A stretch of 64,000 nucleotides of DNA, taken from assembly GCA_031962025.1 (NCBI GenBank), contig JAVRKW010000003.1; one strand, given 5' to 3'. The DNA comes from Pseudothermotoga sp. GTDB lineage: Bacteria; Thermotogota; Thermotogae; Thermotogales; DSM-5069. The notes beneath the pieces are model-generated. The model searched no databases. It was given only the letters and a program-made list of their open reading frames with translations, and had not been told where the DNA came from. Shown here piece by piece: positions 9,966-20,479 of the stretch (position 1 is the first letter of the stretch; each line of letters starts with the position of its first letter). Made by a program: the position numbers and the translations under genes.

Positions 9966-11229
9966 TACTTATATACCGCAGGTCAACGGGGTTGCGACAT
10001 CGGTCAGTCTCTATAAAAAAGCCCTTGAGAAACTCGGGCACGAGGTTTATATAATAGCCCCAATAGGACCTGAAGAAGATACTGTTTTTACAATAGGCGG
10101 GATTCAGTTCAAGTGGGAGAAAAACCATGTGATACCCAGCAGTGGAAGGTTGCTGCCACTGCTTAATTTCACAAAACAAAAGAAGATCGAGGTGATTCAC
10201 AGCCACGCTCCTTTTGCACTTGGCTTCAGGGCTTTGACAGTTCAGAGACGATTGCAGATCCCGCATGTTCATACTTACCACACCTTACTGGTGGAGTACA
10301 GACATTATATTCCAAAGCCGCTTACTCCTTCATCAAGGAGCGTAGAAGAATTTTCTGCGTGGTTCTGCAACATGGTCAATAGGGTGATTGCACCTACTGA
10401 AAAAATAAAAGATGAATTACTCAGGTACGGTGTGACCAAGCCCGTGGATGTTATTCCGACGGGAATCGACGTGGAACTCTTTGAAGGTGCAAATGAATTT
10501 AACATAAGAAAACACCATGAAATCGACGATAGGTCCAGAATTCTTCTTTTTGTTGGAAGACTTGCGAAAGAGAAAAACGTTGTTTTTGTGATCCGGGTTT
10601 TGAAAATGCTGCTCCATAAAAACTACGATGTTCATCTGATAATCATCGGTGATGGTCCTGAAAGAGACTCCTTGGAAAAACTGGTTAGAGAACTTGATTT
10701 ACAGTCTCGTGTGACATTCACCGGTTACATGCCAAGAAAGAAACTCGCCAATTACTACAGACAGTCAGATTTATTTGTGTTTGCATCTGAAAGTGAAACT
10801 CAGGGTCTGGTGGTGCTTGAGTCACTTGCGGCAGGCACACCTGTTGTAGCGGTGGCGAAAATGGGTATAGCCGATGTCTTGGTAAATGGTCAGGGTGCGC
10901 TTTTGATTGAAGAACCAGTTCTCTCTGAGTTTGTTGAAAAAGTCGAGCAGTTGCTTTCTGATAAAGATCTCTATGAACAGATGAGAAAAGCAGGCAAAGA
11001 ATATATTGTGAAGAACTGGTCCATAGATGCAAAAGCACTTTTACTGGAAGATTCATACAGAAAAGCCATAGAAGAAGGACCATCTCAGTGTGATTTTCGC
11101 GATAATGTCTGGATTGAAATCATGCTGGAAAAGATGAAGAATATCTCTGCAAAAATCTTTGAAACCATAAACAGTGGAGGTGTGAAACGTGCTAGCGTTA
11201 AATATCTTGCTCGGTCACGTCGTGGCTGA
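9937..11229 (+). CDS. GT4 glycosyltransferase, diacylglycerol glucosyltransferase-like
   Basis: FTDTYIPQVNGV, HTYHT, VGRLAKEKN, ETQGLVVLESLAAG. Confidence 0.85.
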   Translation: MVLRIAMFTDTYIPQVNGVATSVSLYKKALEKLGHEVYIIAPIGPEEDTVFTIGGIQFKWEKNHVIPSSGRLLPLLNFTKQKKIEVIHSHAPFALGFRALTVQRRLQIPHVHTYHTLLVEYRHYIPKPLTPSSRSVEEFSAWFCNMVNRVIAPTEKIKDELLRYGVTKPVDVIPTGIDVELFEGANEFNIRKHHEIDDRSRILLFVGRLAKEKNVVFVIRVLKMLLHKNYDVHLIIIGDGPERDSLEKLVRELDLQSRVTFTGYMPRKKLANYYRQSDLFVFASESETQGLVVLESLAAGTPVVAVAKMGIADVLVNGQGALLIEEPVLSEFVEKVEQLLSDKDLYEQMRKAGKEYIVKNWSIDAKALLLEDSYRKAIEEGPSQCDFRDNVWIEIMLEKMKNISAKIFETINSGGVKRASVKYLARSRRG

Positions 11230-11818
11230 CCACGCTTTTACCAACAATGCAAAGATCAGAACTTATTCAGGCGGAAAACTGGCTGGTCACATAGCTTGGT
11301 CGGTACTGGCGATTTTAGCTTTTACCTTCGATACGCTTTTGAAATCTTTCACAGGGATTGCAATACTTGTGGGTTTTTCTTTTGTCCATGCAGTTCTTGA
11401 TTTTTTGCGGGTGAAATGGTACCGAAAAAATAAAAGAATCGTAGATCTGATTGAATTGACAGGCATTGCTGTGGCACTTGTGGTCAATTTATTTTCCGTT
11501 CGCCTGCTTCAAAACTCCTATCTTTCACCGGAGTTCATAATGTATCTTATGGGAATGAGCGTTGTTTCTGTTGGAATCACCTATATTTTTCGTAACTATT
11601 ATCCGGCAGAAGAGTTTTTACCGGATGTGGACGGCATATCTGAGAGACTGGCTATCTTTGTTTTTGTGCTTGCTTCAAAACCACTGCTTGTCGTTGCAAG
11701 CATTGCGATCGGACTGCTTTACAAACTCATATTTGTGAAAAAAGTGAATCACACCTGGTGGATCAGTCCTGCAAGCGGGATTGTTCTGAGCCTTCTGTGG
11801 AAGTGGATTATCTATTGA
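11189..11818 (+). CDS. DUF3307-like membrane protein
   Basis: LLGHVVADH...H...HAVLD motif set; multiple TM segments. Confidence 0.65.
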   Translation: MLALNILLGHVVADHAFTNNAKIRTYSGGKLAGHIAWSVLAILAFTFDTLLKSFTGIAILVGFSFVHAVLDFLRVKWYRKNKRIVDLIELTGIAVALVVNLFSVRLLQNSYLSPEFIMYLMGMSVVSVGITYIFRNYYPAEEFLPDVDGISERLAIFVFVLASKPLLVVASIAIGLLYKLIFVKKVNHTWWISPASGIVLSLLWKWIIY

Positions 11819-12531
11819 TGATAGGTGAGAAGATCATCTGGGTTGCGGCTTTGCCATCTACAAACGATTTTCTCAAAGAAAACTGGCACAGGTTGCCGCA
11901 CGGTACAGTTGTGGTCGCAGAGTACCAGACGGCAGGCAGGGGTAGATATAAAAGATACTGGCATTCACCACAGGGTGGTTTGTGGTTTTCAATTCTTTTC
12001 AAACCAAGGAAGCAGATCAAACCGACTTTTTTCACAAAAGTCAGCTGTGTTGCGGTCGCAAGGGCTCTCTCTTTTTTTGGAATAGATGCACAGATCAAAT
12101 GGCCCAACGATATCTATCATAATGGCAAGAAATTAGCAGGTATTTTGAGCGAATCTGTCTTTGAAGAAAACACACTCAGAACAGTTGTCGTGGGTATTGG
12201 CTTGAATGTCAACAACGAAATTCCAGATGAGATAAAAGATAAAGCCACAAGCCTTCGTGAAATTTCTGGCAGAGATTATGATTTGAAAGCCGTCCTCAAA
12301 ATTATCCTCAAACACATCAACCAGTTGTTGAAGCGTTATTTGAATAAACCAGAAGCCCTGACAAGGGTCTGGAAGGGTTTGTTGATTCAAAAAGAAGGGC
12401 AGAAAATAACTTTCAAATTGAACGAAACGCTTAAAACTGGAAAGATCCTCAAAATAGAAGATGAAAAAATGCTTTTGATGGTGGATGACCAGCAAATTCA
12501 GGTGAGTTCCTTAGAAGTTCTCGAGCCTTGA
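11818..12531 (+). CDS. birA: Biotin-protein ligase (no HTH domain)
   Basis: STN, QTAGRGR, KWPND, KLAGIL, GIGLN. Confidence 0.93.
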   Translation: MIGEKIIWVAALPSTNDFLKENWHRLPHGTVVVAEYQTAGRGRYKRYWHSPQGGLWFSILFKPRKQIKPTFFTKVSCVAVARALSFFGIDAQIKWPNDIYHNGKKLAGILSESVFEENTLRTVVVGIGLNVNNEIPDEIKDKATSLREISGRDYDLKAVLKIILKHINQLLKRYLNKPEALTRVWKGLLIQKEGQKITFKLNETLKTGKILKIEDEKMLLMVDDQQIQVSSLEVLEP

Positions 12532-12744
12532 CTGGCTCAATATTTCATATTCTGTTTCTGAAACCACGCGAACAACTATTTCTTTGAACGGATGTACGAT
12601 TTTAAGAATATCCTGGGGTTTAACTTCATACGAAGGTTTAACCACTCTGTTGTTCACCAGAACTTTTCCGTGCAAAAGCATTTGCTGAGCAACTGTTCTT
12701 CTTTTTATCAACCCGGTTGATTTTAGATACTTGTCTATTCTCAA
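12511..12744 (-). CDS. S4-domain RNA-binding protein (YabO/RqcP/Hsp15-like)
   Basis: RIDKYLK...IKRRTVA...KPSYEVK; TTG start after GGAGG. Confidence 0.85.
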   Translation of the reverse strand: MRIDKYLKSTGLIKRRTVAQQMLLHGKVLVNNRVVKPSYEVKPQDILKIVHPFKEIVVRVVSETEYEILSQSRLENF

Positions 12745-12848
12745 AGCCACACCCTCCATTTTTTATTATAATGCAGCACAGCAGTAGATGCGATTTTGAT
12801 GGCTGAATTGTGTTATAATTTTACAAACACTTATGCAGGTGAAAAATC

Positions 12849-14783
12849 ATGAAATGGCTTGTCATTTTGTGTATGACAGTTACCTGTTTTTATTTCTCAG
12901 TAACATTAAAAGTGGGGGTTTATCACAATCCTCCTTTGATCGATTTTTCAGAAAACAAAGCGTCCGGTTTGTACGCCGAAATACTCCAAAAGATATCATC
13001 ACAAAACAACTGGGATATTGAGTACGTTTTTGGTGAATTTGCCACACTACTGGAAAAGCTGAAAGACAAACAGCTTGACCTTGTGGTAGCAGTTGCTTAC
13101 ACGCAAAGTCGCGCAGAGCTGTTTGATTTCAACAGCCAGGCAGTTATACTCAACTGGGGTGTCATCTGCGTAAAAGGCACACTCAAAGGCTTACTCGATC
13201 TGCAAGACAAAATCATAGCCGTGGTTGAGAGCGACGTTTATGCACAGTATCTGAGAAAACAACTTGAAGATTTTAAGATGAACGTCAGGTATTTTTATGT
13301 CAGTGATTATGAGAAAGCCCTTGAAGCTGTTCAGAATGGTTTAGCAGATGCCTGTGTCGTGAGCCGAATCTTTGCACAGAATAATGCCCCACGGTACATG
13401 CTTCAGATAAGTGGAATAGTTTTTTCACCTGTAGAACTGAGATTTGCGTTAGCCAAAAATGCAGATAAAAATCAGATGATTATTCAGGCGATAGACGATT
13501 ATCTGTATAAAATCAAGTCTGATCAGCAGGGTTACAATCAACTGCTCGCACGTTATCTTGGTCAGTACGTGGAAAAAAATGTGATTCCAGGCTGGCTTAA
13601 AACAGTCCTGATCTCAGTAGTTGTTGTAACTGGATTGTTCATTCTTTGGACAGTTTCTTTGAGAAAGATTGTGGCAATGCGTACAGATCAACTCAATAAA
13701 GCCCTAAGGGAACTTTCCATCAAAAATGAAGAGATAATCGCAGCAGATCAGGAAATCAGAGCACAGAACGAAGAATTGCAGACCATGAACGAGGAACTTG
13801 AAAAAACCATCAAAGACCTTGAGACGGCAATTGAAAGATTCAACGAATCTATGAATCTCATTGAACAGCTTGCGGTTTTTGAAAAAGATGAAGAATTCTG
13901 CTGGAATTTTCTGACAGTTGTGAGAACTATCGTTCCAGATTGCTCGGTGGCTTTTTCATACATGAATATGTGTTATCTTCAAACAAAAAAAGGTATCAAC
14001 GTTGTTTTAACAGAAAGATCGGTAAATGAAAGTTTTCAGATCTACGACTTTGACGAAAAAGTCCATGAGACATTGAATATTGGATCAGACAAAGAGTACC
14101 TGGTCATCTTCAATCACTCAGAACACAAACTCGAGGATAAAGTCGTCAAGCTGGTGAAAAGCCTTTTCAACATAGCAAAGGTCTTTCTCAGAATAAGAGC
14201 TTATCAGACAAAAGAAAGAGATTTTGTCAAAAGGATTAATGAAGTTCTGCTCACGATTTTGAATTATCACGAATCATATACATTTGTCCATTCGACCAGA
14301 TCAAGTGATTATGCCGTGAAGGTTGCTCAGCGCATGTTTTTAGATGATGAGAGTATCAGCAGGGTTTACTGGGCAACTTTGATCCATGACATTGGAAAGA
14401 TTGCAGTACCAAGGGAGATTTTGTGCAAAAGCTCGAAATTATCGCCGGAGGAATTCGAAGCAGTCAAGATTCATCCAGTTGTGGCTGCCGATTTACTTGA
14501 AAAAGCCGGATTAAACGATATAGCAAAAATAGTAAGGCATCATCATGAGAGATACGATGGAACAGGCTATCCCGATGGTTTGAGAGCAGAGCAAATACCG
14601 ATCGAGTCCAGAATAATATCCGTTGTAGACGCATACGATGCGATGACCAGTGACAGACCGTACAGAAAAGCACTTTCAGGTGAAAAAGCAGTTGAAGAGC
14701 TGGAAAAAAACGCCGGCAGTCAGTTTGATCCATTGGTTGTGAAAATATTCATCGAGTTGTTGAAAGAATCGCACGAGGAGTGA
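12849..14783 (+). CDS. HD-GYP phosphodiesterase with periplasmic substrate-binding (PBPb) sensor domain
   Basis: N-terminal PBPb (VGVYHNPP, GLYAEIL), TM, coiled coil, HDIGK and HHERYDGTGYPDGL. Confidence 0.9.
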   Translation: MKWLVILCMTVTCFYFSVTLKVGVYHNPPLIDFSENKASGLYAEILQKISSQNNWDIEYVFGEFATLLEKLKDKQLDLVVAVAYTQSRAELFDFNSQAVILNWGVICVKGTLKGLLDLQDKIIAVVESDVYAQYLRKQLEDFKMNVRYFYVSDYEKALEAVQNGLADACVVSRIFAQNNAPRYMLQISGIVFSPVELRFALAKNADKNQMIIQAIDDYLYKIKSDQQGYNQLLARYLGQYVEKNVIPGWLKTVLISVVVVTGLFILWTVSLRKIVAMRTDQLNKALRELSIKNEEIIAADQEIRAQNEELQTMNEELEKTIKDLETAIERFNESMNLIEQLAVFEKDEEFCWNFLTVVRTIVPDCSVAFSYMNMCYLQTKKGINVVLTERSVNESFQIYDFDEKVHETLNIGSDKEYLVIFNHSEHKLEDKVVKLVKSLFNIAKVFLRIRAYQTKERDFVKRINEVLLTILNYHESYTFVHSTRSSDYAVKVAQRMFLDDESISRVYWATLIHDIGKIAVPREILCKSSKLSPEEFEAVKIHPVVAADLLEKAGLNDIAKIVRHHHERYDGTGYPDGLRAEQIPIESRIISVVDAYDAMTSDRPYRKALSGEKAVEELEKNAGSQFDPLVVKIFIELLKESHEE

Positions 14784-14789
14784 TCTGGT

Positions 14790-15611
14790 TTGATCTATCT
14801 TTATCTGATAGCCACACTTTTGTTCTGGTCTTCCATGGAAGTTTTCACCAAACCGTTGATGAACCAGGTGGATCCTTTTTTTCTCACCTTTTTCAGATTT
14901 CTCGTCGGTGGTCTTTTTCTTTTGATTTTCGTACGAAGAAAAATACCTTTCAAAGATGTAATTTTACTTGCTGCAGTTGGTTCGATCAACGGTGTGCTGT
15001 CAATGTCTCTTTTACAGCTGGCTGTTAAACTATCAAACGCATCAACTGCGGCAACGCTTGTAGCCACAAATCCATTGTTTGTAACGGTGTTTTCGTTCTT
15101 ACTTGGTAAGGAAAAATTCAACTTCAAAAGGTTTTTGAGCGTTGGTGTGGGATTGATTGGAATACTGGTTCTTTCCTATGGGAAAATTGAAGGTGACAGC
15201 ATATCTGGTTTACTGTGCGGGATAGGCGCTGCGGTGACTTTTGCACTTTATGCAGTACTCATGAGGGACTTCACACTCAAGTACGGTTCTTTGAATGCCA
15301 CGGCTGTTTCGACTCTCTCATCGGGGCTTATATACGCTATCTTGCTGACTCTGGCTGGTAAGTTCAGGATACCAGAAATCAGTCTTTATCAGTGGATGAT
15401 TCTGATATATGTCGGCGTCTTTGTAACTGGTCTTGCATACGTCACTTATTTCAAAGCCATGGAAAAACTTGGACCATCTCGAACAAGCTTAGTTTTTTAC
15501 CTCAAGCCAGCCGTGGCTAGTTTTTTAGCTTTCTGGCTTCTTTCAGAACCAGTGGGTTTATTCAAAATACTCGGTACTGGTATAATTGTACTCGCACTAC
15601 TGTTGAGATGA
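14790..15611 (+). CDS. EamA/DMT family transporter
   Basis: About 10 TM segments in two EamA repeats (FFRF, TNPLF, YLKPAVA). Confidence 0.85.
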   Translation: MIYLYLIATLLFWSSMEVFTKPLMNQVDPFFLTFFRFLVGGLFLLIFVRRKIPFKDVILLAAVGSINGVLSMSLLQLAVKLSNASTAATLVATNPLFVTVFSFLLGKEKFNFKRFLSVGVGLIGILVLSYGKIEGDSISGLLCGIGAAVTFALYAVLMRDFTLKYGSLNATAVSTLSSGLIYAILLTLAGKFRIPEISLYQWMILIYVGVFVTGLAYVTYFKAMEKLGPSRTSLVFYLKPAVASFLAFWLLSEPVGLFKILGTGIIVLALLLR

Positions 15612-15621
15612 TGGAGGTGGT

Positions 15622-16911
15622 ATGGTGAAGACGGCTTTGTCTGTATTTTTTCTGGTGGTTCTGATGGTTCTTTTGAACGCCGACCAGATGGTGATGTCAC
15701 CAACCATAGGAATGATAGAAGAAGAGTTTCACGTAACTGACGCACACATAGGTTTTGTCGGTGCTGTTTTTACAGTGGTGGGTGCATTGATAAGCCTTGT
15801 GTGGGGTTATTTATCGGATAAATACAACCGAAAAAATTTGCTGATCTATTCCATACTCGTCGGAGAAATTCCATGTTTTATGACGGCTTTTTCTACATCT
15901 TTCAATCAGCTTTTTTTCTGGCGCGTACTGACCGGGATCGGTGTGGGTGCGAGCTTTCCGATAGTTTATTCACTCGTTGGAGATATGTTCGATGAAGTGA
16001 ATAGAGGAAAAGTCGTTGCCATTCTGGCATCTGCAATGTCCATAGGCTCAATCCTTGGTATGATCGTTGGTGGATTTGTCGGTCCAGCATTCGGCTGGAG
16101 GATTCCATTTATACTGGTCTCTCTTCCCAATGTTGTACTTGCACTGATCGCATTATTCGTGCTCAAAGAACCAAAACGCGGTGCTTTTGAAAAAGGCATT
16201 GGCGAACTGGTACAGGCTGGATATGCGTATCCAAAATTACCCAAGATGCAGGATTACGCCAAGCTGATAACGGTGAAAACCAACCTTTTTCTTTTCTTTC
16301 AGGGTATACTCGGTACAGTTCCATGGGGTGCGATACCGTATTTTCTGGTTGAATATTTTCGCAGAGAAAGGAATCTGTCTATCGAAACGGCTACATTCAT
16401 TTTCCTGATCTTTGGACTGGGAAATATTCTCGGTACAGTCATTGGTGGCTGGATTGGTTCAAAGCTCTACAAAATATCTAAACCGTCTGTGCCCATCTTC
16501 TGTGCAATTACCACCGCACTCGGTGTCTGGCTCACAGTTCTCACGATAGATTATTCTCCTGTGGGAACAAAAGGGCTTTTTGTTCTTGGAATACTCGGCT
16601 TGGTCGCGGCTTTGACGGATAGCCTCACAGGATCGAATGTCAAATTCATGCTTTTGAATGTCAACGAGCCACAGGATAGAGGAAGGATCTTTTCAATCTT
16701 CAACCTGACTGACTCACTTGGAACTGGAGTGGGCAGATGGATTGGCGGATCATTTTCGGTGTTGCTTGGTTCTCTTGGAGCTGCCATGAAAGTATCGGCA
16801 TATTTTTGGTTTGGCTGTTCGGTCTTTTTGTTTCTCCTGAGTTTTTATTTTGCCAAAGATGTGCAATCACTCGAACAGAAAATGATCGCACTTGGGCAGG
16901 AAAGGGGGTAA
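15622..16911 (+). CDS. MFS transporter
   Basis: Motif A GYLSDKYNRK, RVLTGIG, WRIPF. Confidence 0.9.
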   Translation: MVKTALSVFFLVVLMVLLNADQMVMSPTIGMIEEEFHVTDAHIGFVGAVFTVVGALISLVWGYLSDKYNRKNLLIYSILVGEIPCFMTAFSTSFNQLFFWRVLTGIGVGASFPIVYSLVGDMFDEVNRGKVVAILASAMSIGSILGMIVGGFVGPAFGWRIPFILVSLPNVVLALIALFVLKEPKRGAFEKGIGELVQAGYAYPKLPKMQDYAKLITVKTNLFLFFQGILGTVPWGAIPYFLVEYFRRERNLSIETATFIFLIFGLGNILGTVIGGWIGSKLYKISKPSVPIFCAITTALGVWLTVLTIDYSPVGTKGLFVLGILGLVAALTDSLTGSNVKFMLLNVNEPQDRGRIFSIFNLTDSLGTGVGRWIGGSFSVLLGSLGAAMKVSAYFWFGCSVFLFLLSFYFAKDVQSLEQKMIALGQERG

Positions 16912-16915
16912 GTCC

Positions 16916-18385
16916 ATGTTTTCAGAAGATTTCCTTTTTGGTGCATCGATGGCTGGTTTTCAGGTTGAAATGGGTTATGCTGCTGAAGATGTCGATCCAA
17001 ATACCGACTGGTTTGTCTGGGTTAGAGAACCTGAAAATCTCCTGACAGGTGCCGTGAGCGGGCATTTACCGGAATATGGTGTTGGTTACTGGAACAACTA
17101 CCCGGTTTTACATCAACTTGCCGTGGATTTCGGTATGAATGTGCTCAGAACCAATGTTGAGTGGTCAAGAATTTTTCCATCTCCAACCTTTGAAGTCCAG
17201 GTTATCGTTGAATCTCAGGACGGGGTAACAAAGGTAGTGGTGAACCGTGAACATCTTGAAAAGCTTGACAAACTGGCGAACCAAAAGGCAGTGGAACACT
17301 ACAGGCAGATTTTCAAGGACATGAAAGACCGTGGATTGAAGGTGATACTCAATTTATCGCACTTCACACTTCCTCTGTGGATTCATGACCCAGTATCTGT
17401 TCACAGGGGTCAGCAGACAGAGAAAACGGGTTGGGTGAATGATCAGACTGTTGTAGAATTTGCAAAATTTGCGGCATACGTCGCCTGGAAATTCGATGAC
17501 CTTGTGGATATGTATTCAACGATGAACGAGCCGAATGTCGTGAGTCAGATGGGATATATCATGAGCAGGTTTGGTTTTCCACCTTCTTATTTCAGCCCCG
17601 AGATGTATATGAAAAGCCTTCTAAATCAATCTCAGGCTCACGCTCGAGCGTATGACTGTATCAAATCGCTGAGCAAAAAACCAGTTGGAATAATCTATTC
17701 TGCATCTGTATACGAATCCATAAACAAAGACAGAGATATTGAAGAGAGTGCAACCTATCTGATGAACTACCTTTTCCTGGACTCGATAACCTTCGGCAAG
17801 GTCTTTTTCCAGGAACGCTCAGATTTGAAAAACAGACTTGATTTCATAGGATTGAACTACTACACAAGGACGGTGATTGACAGAATACCACCGGTCAATT
17901 TCGGATTTCTTTCACTCGAATGGATGATAATGGATGGGTATGGTTACAACTGTCCTGCCGGTGGTATGTCAAAAGATTCAAGACCGGTCAGTGATTTTGG
18001 CTGGGAGACATATCCAGAAGGATTGCTCAAACTTCTAAAACAGACCTACGACAGATATAAATTGCCTATCATAGTCAGTGAAAACGGAGTTGCAGATTTT
18101 AGAGACTGGCTCAGACCGTATTACTTGGTGGGACATCTTTATGCAACAGAAAGGGCAATTGAAGAAGGTGTGAAAGTATTCGGTTATCTTCACTGGTCGA
18201 TTGTCGACAACTATGAGTGGGCAAGGGGATATCACATGCGCTTTGGTCTTGCACAGACTGACTATCAGACAAAACAATTCATTCCAAGACCATCGATGTT
18301 CATCTTTAGAGAAATCATCAAAAATCGCAGTTGTGAGAAATTTCATGGATATCTGAAATCGCCCTATGAAATATGGAGAATTTAG
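16916..18385 (+). CDS. Glycoside hydrolase family 1, archaeal-type beta-galactosidase/beta-mannosidase-like
   Basis: FLFGASMAGFQVEMG, TMNEP acid/base, VSENG nucleophile, DNYEW. Confidence 0.9.
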   Translation: MFSEDFLFGASMAGFQVEMGYAAEDVDPNTDWFVWVREPENLLTGAVSGHLPEYGVGYWNNYPVLHQLAVDFGMNVLRTNVEWSRIFPSPTFEVQVIVESQDGVTKVVVNREHLEKLDKLANQKAVEHYRQIFKDMKDRGLKVILNLSHFTLPLWIHDPVSVHRGQQTEKTGWVNDQTVVEFAKFAAYVAWKFDDLVDMYSTMNEPNVVSQMGYIMSRFGFPPSYFSPEMYMKSLLNQSQAHARAYDCIKSLSKKPVGIIYSASVYESINKDRDIEESATYLMNYLFLDSITFGKVFFQERSDLKNRLDFIGLNYYTRTVIDRIPPVNFGFLSLEWMIMDGYGYNCPAGGMSKDSRPVSDFGWETYPEGLLKLLKQTYDRYKLPIIVSENGVADFRDWLRPYYLVGHLYATERAIEEGVKVFGYLHWSIVDNYEWARGYHMRFGLAQTDYQTKQFIPRPSMFIFREIIKNRSCEKFHGYLKSPYEIWRI

Positions 18386-18401
18386 AAAAATGCAAAAACG
18401 C

Positions 18402-18421
18402 GAGGGGGCAGTGACCCCCTC
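18402..18421. terminator. Hairpin terminator between convergent GH1 and CadA genes
   Basis: GAGGGGG-CAGTGA-CCCCCTC with an A-rich left flank. Confidence 0.65.
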
Positions 18422-18439
18422 AATTTGTTTAGTAAGACG

Positions 18440-20479
18440 TCACTGATCCAATTTTTTTCTTGAAAACAGTATTCTGGTTGAGTTAATGGTACACAAAAGT
18501 GCGATGCCGGTATCTGCGAAGACGCCTTCCCACATCGTTGCCTTTCCAGCTATCGCAAGAAATATGAAGAAAGACTTCATGGCAATGGCAAAGATGATAT
18601 TTTCAAGAACAATTCTCTTTGTGAATCTGGCAACATCTATTGACTCAACTACTTTTATTGGTTCTGCACTCATCACAACCACATCTGCCACCTCGATAGC
18701 GGCATCATTACCAAATCCATTCATTGCCACGCCGACATCTGCTCTTGCAAGCGATGGTGTGTCGTTTATTCCATCTCCCACAAATGCGGTCTTTCCGGTT
18801 TTCATTATCTGGTTCTCAAGTACTGTGAGTTTATCCTGAGCAAGCAACTGAGCGTGGTAACTGACCTCAGAAAGCCTTTCAGAGATCTTTGCCGCTTTCT
18901 GCTGGTTGTCACCTGTTAGTATGTGAACGTTTATACCTTTCTTTTTAAGGAGTTTCACAGCCTGCTCTGAAGTCTTTTTGAGTCTTTCAACGAGCTGAAT
19001 GTTACCTGCGTATTTTTTGTCCACGGCAACGTGCACAGCAGAATCACTGTCCAAGTTGCATACATTCTGCGGATGCTCGATCTGTTCAGCATGCAGAAAC
19101 CTGTCATTTCCAACGTGAATTGTTTTTCCATTTACAGAGCATTTAACACCAAGTCCTGCTATTTCGTGAAAATCTCTGACGATCGAATGGTCGATTTGTG
19201 GATATGCTTTGATAATGGATCTGGCAACTGGATGGTTCGAGTTTGCTTCGGCATGAGCGGAATAAATCAAGACATCGTCCTGTGAAAAACCATTCATGCT
19301 GTTTATTTTTGATAATTCAAGATCCCCGTACGTTAAAGTTCCGGTTTTGTCAAAAACGACATTTTTGACAGATGCAAGAGCATCAATAAAGGTCGCACCC
19401 TTGACCAGAATGCCTTCTTTCGACAGTCGACCTATTGCCGCAAAATAAGCCAATGGTACTGCCAACATCAGCGCACATGGACATGAGATGACAAGCAAGA
19501 TCAACCCGCGGTTGATCCACTGGTTCATATTCTGTGATGTCAGCAATGGTATTACGAAAGATACAAAAGCTGCCAGAAGAACAACAACAGGTGTGTAGTA
19601 CTTGGCAAAAACGGTGATAAACCTTTCTGATCTGGCTTTTCTTTCCGAAGCATTCTCTACTAATCTGAGAATGCTGGCAATTGAAGAATCCTCATACCTT
19701 TTGAGCGCCTGTATTTTTACAGCAGACTCCTTTACTATTGCCCCTGCAGGTACATTGTCTGAGACGGTGACATACTTTGGCGTAGATTCACCTGTCAAGG
19801 GTGAAGTGTCAAGGTGGGTACTTCCCTCAGTGATGATACCATCTACCGGTATCTTTTCACCGGGTTTCACCAAAAATATCTGTCCTGGTTCAATTTCCAC
19901 AGGATCAACTTGTTTAAGTTCAGATCCCTGTACAAGCCAGGCGTACTTTGGCATGGCTTCAACGAGTGATCTTACAGATCTGCGTGAACGGTTGATGGCT
20001 AAATCCTGCAAAAACTCGCCGACTTTGTACAGAATCATCACCATAACAGCTTCTTCGTACTGTTTTATGAAAATGGCTCCAATTGTGGCTATACTCATCA
20101 AAAAATTCTCATCAAGGACGAAACCCTTCTTCAAGTTTTTCAATGCCCTGAACAGAATATCATAGCCTGCCAGAAAATATGCCACAACAGCCAGATACCA
20201 CAGATGAAAAACAAAGGAGACAGTGAATAGAGCTACTGATATCAACAAAAAAAAGAATTCAGAAGGTCTTTTTTCGCCATCTTGAACAATCTTGACATCT
20301 TTTTCAACAGATTGGATGATCTTTTCGATGTCAATTTGTTGATTTGATTCAACTTCCAATATACCGAGCGAGAAGTTCAGCTTTGCCTTTTTAATTCCCT
20401 CTGTTTCAGACAGGGTTTTTTCGATCTTTGCTGCACAATCTGGACAGTGCAAATTCTCTATCTGGTAACGTTTTTTCAT
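18440..20479 (-). CDS. cadA: Zn/Cd/Pb-translocating P1B-type ATPase
   Basis: HMA CPDC, LTGES, SCPCA, DKTGT, HP, GDGIND. Confidence 0.9.
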   Translation of the reverse strand: MKKRYQIENLHCPDCAAKIEKTLSETEGIKKAKLNFSLGILEVESNQQIDIEKIIQSVEKDVKIVQDGEKRPSEFFFLLISVALFTVSFVFHLWYLAVVAYFLAGYDILFRALKNLKKGFVLDENFLMSIATIGAIFIKQYEEAVMVMILYKVGEFLQDLAINRSRRSVRSLVEAMPKYAWLVQGSELKQVDPVEIEPGQIFLVKPGEKIPVDGIITEGSTHLDTSPLTGESTPKYVTVSDNVPAGAIVKESAVKIQALKRYEDSSIASILRLVENASERKARSERFITVFAKYYTPVVVLLAAFVSFVIPLLTSQNMNQWINRGLILLVISCPCALMLAVPLAYFAAIGRLSKEGILVKGATFIDALASVKNVVFDKTGTLTYGDLELSKINSMNGFSQDDVLIYSAHAEANSNHPVARSIIKAYPQIDHSIVRDFHEIAGLGVKCSVNGKTIHVGNDRFLHAEQIEHPQNVCNLDSDSAVHVAVDKKYAGNIQLVERLKKTSEQAVKLLKKKGINVHILTGDNQQKAAKISERLSEVSYHAQLLAQDKLTVLENQIMKTGKTAFVGDGINDTPSLARADVGVAMNGFGNDAAIEVADVVVMSAEPIKVVESIDVARFTKRIVLENIIFAIAMKSFFIFLAIAGKATMWEGVFADTGIALLCTINSTRILFSRKKLDQ

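Noticed and set aside
12511..12531. Short convergent 3' overlaps (birA/S4, also flgJ/prfA)
   Set aside because: Ordinary for compact Thermotogota genomes
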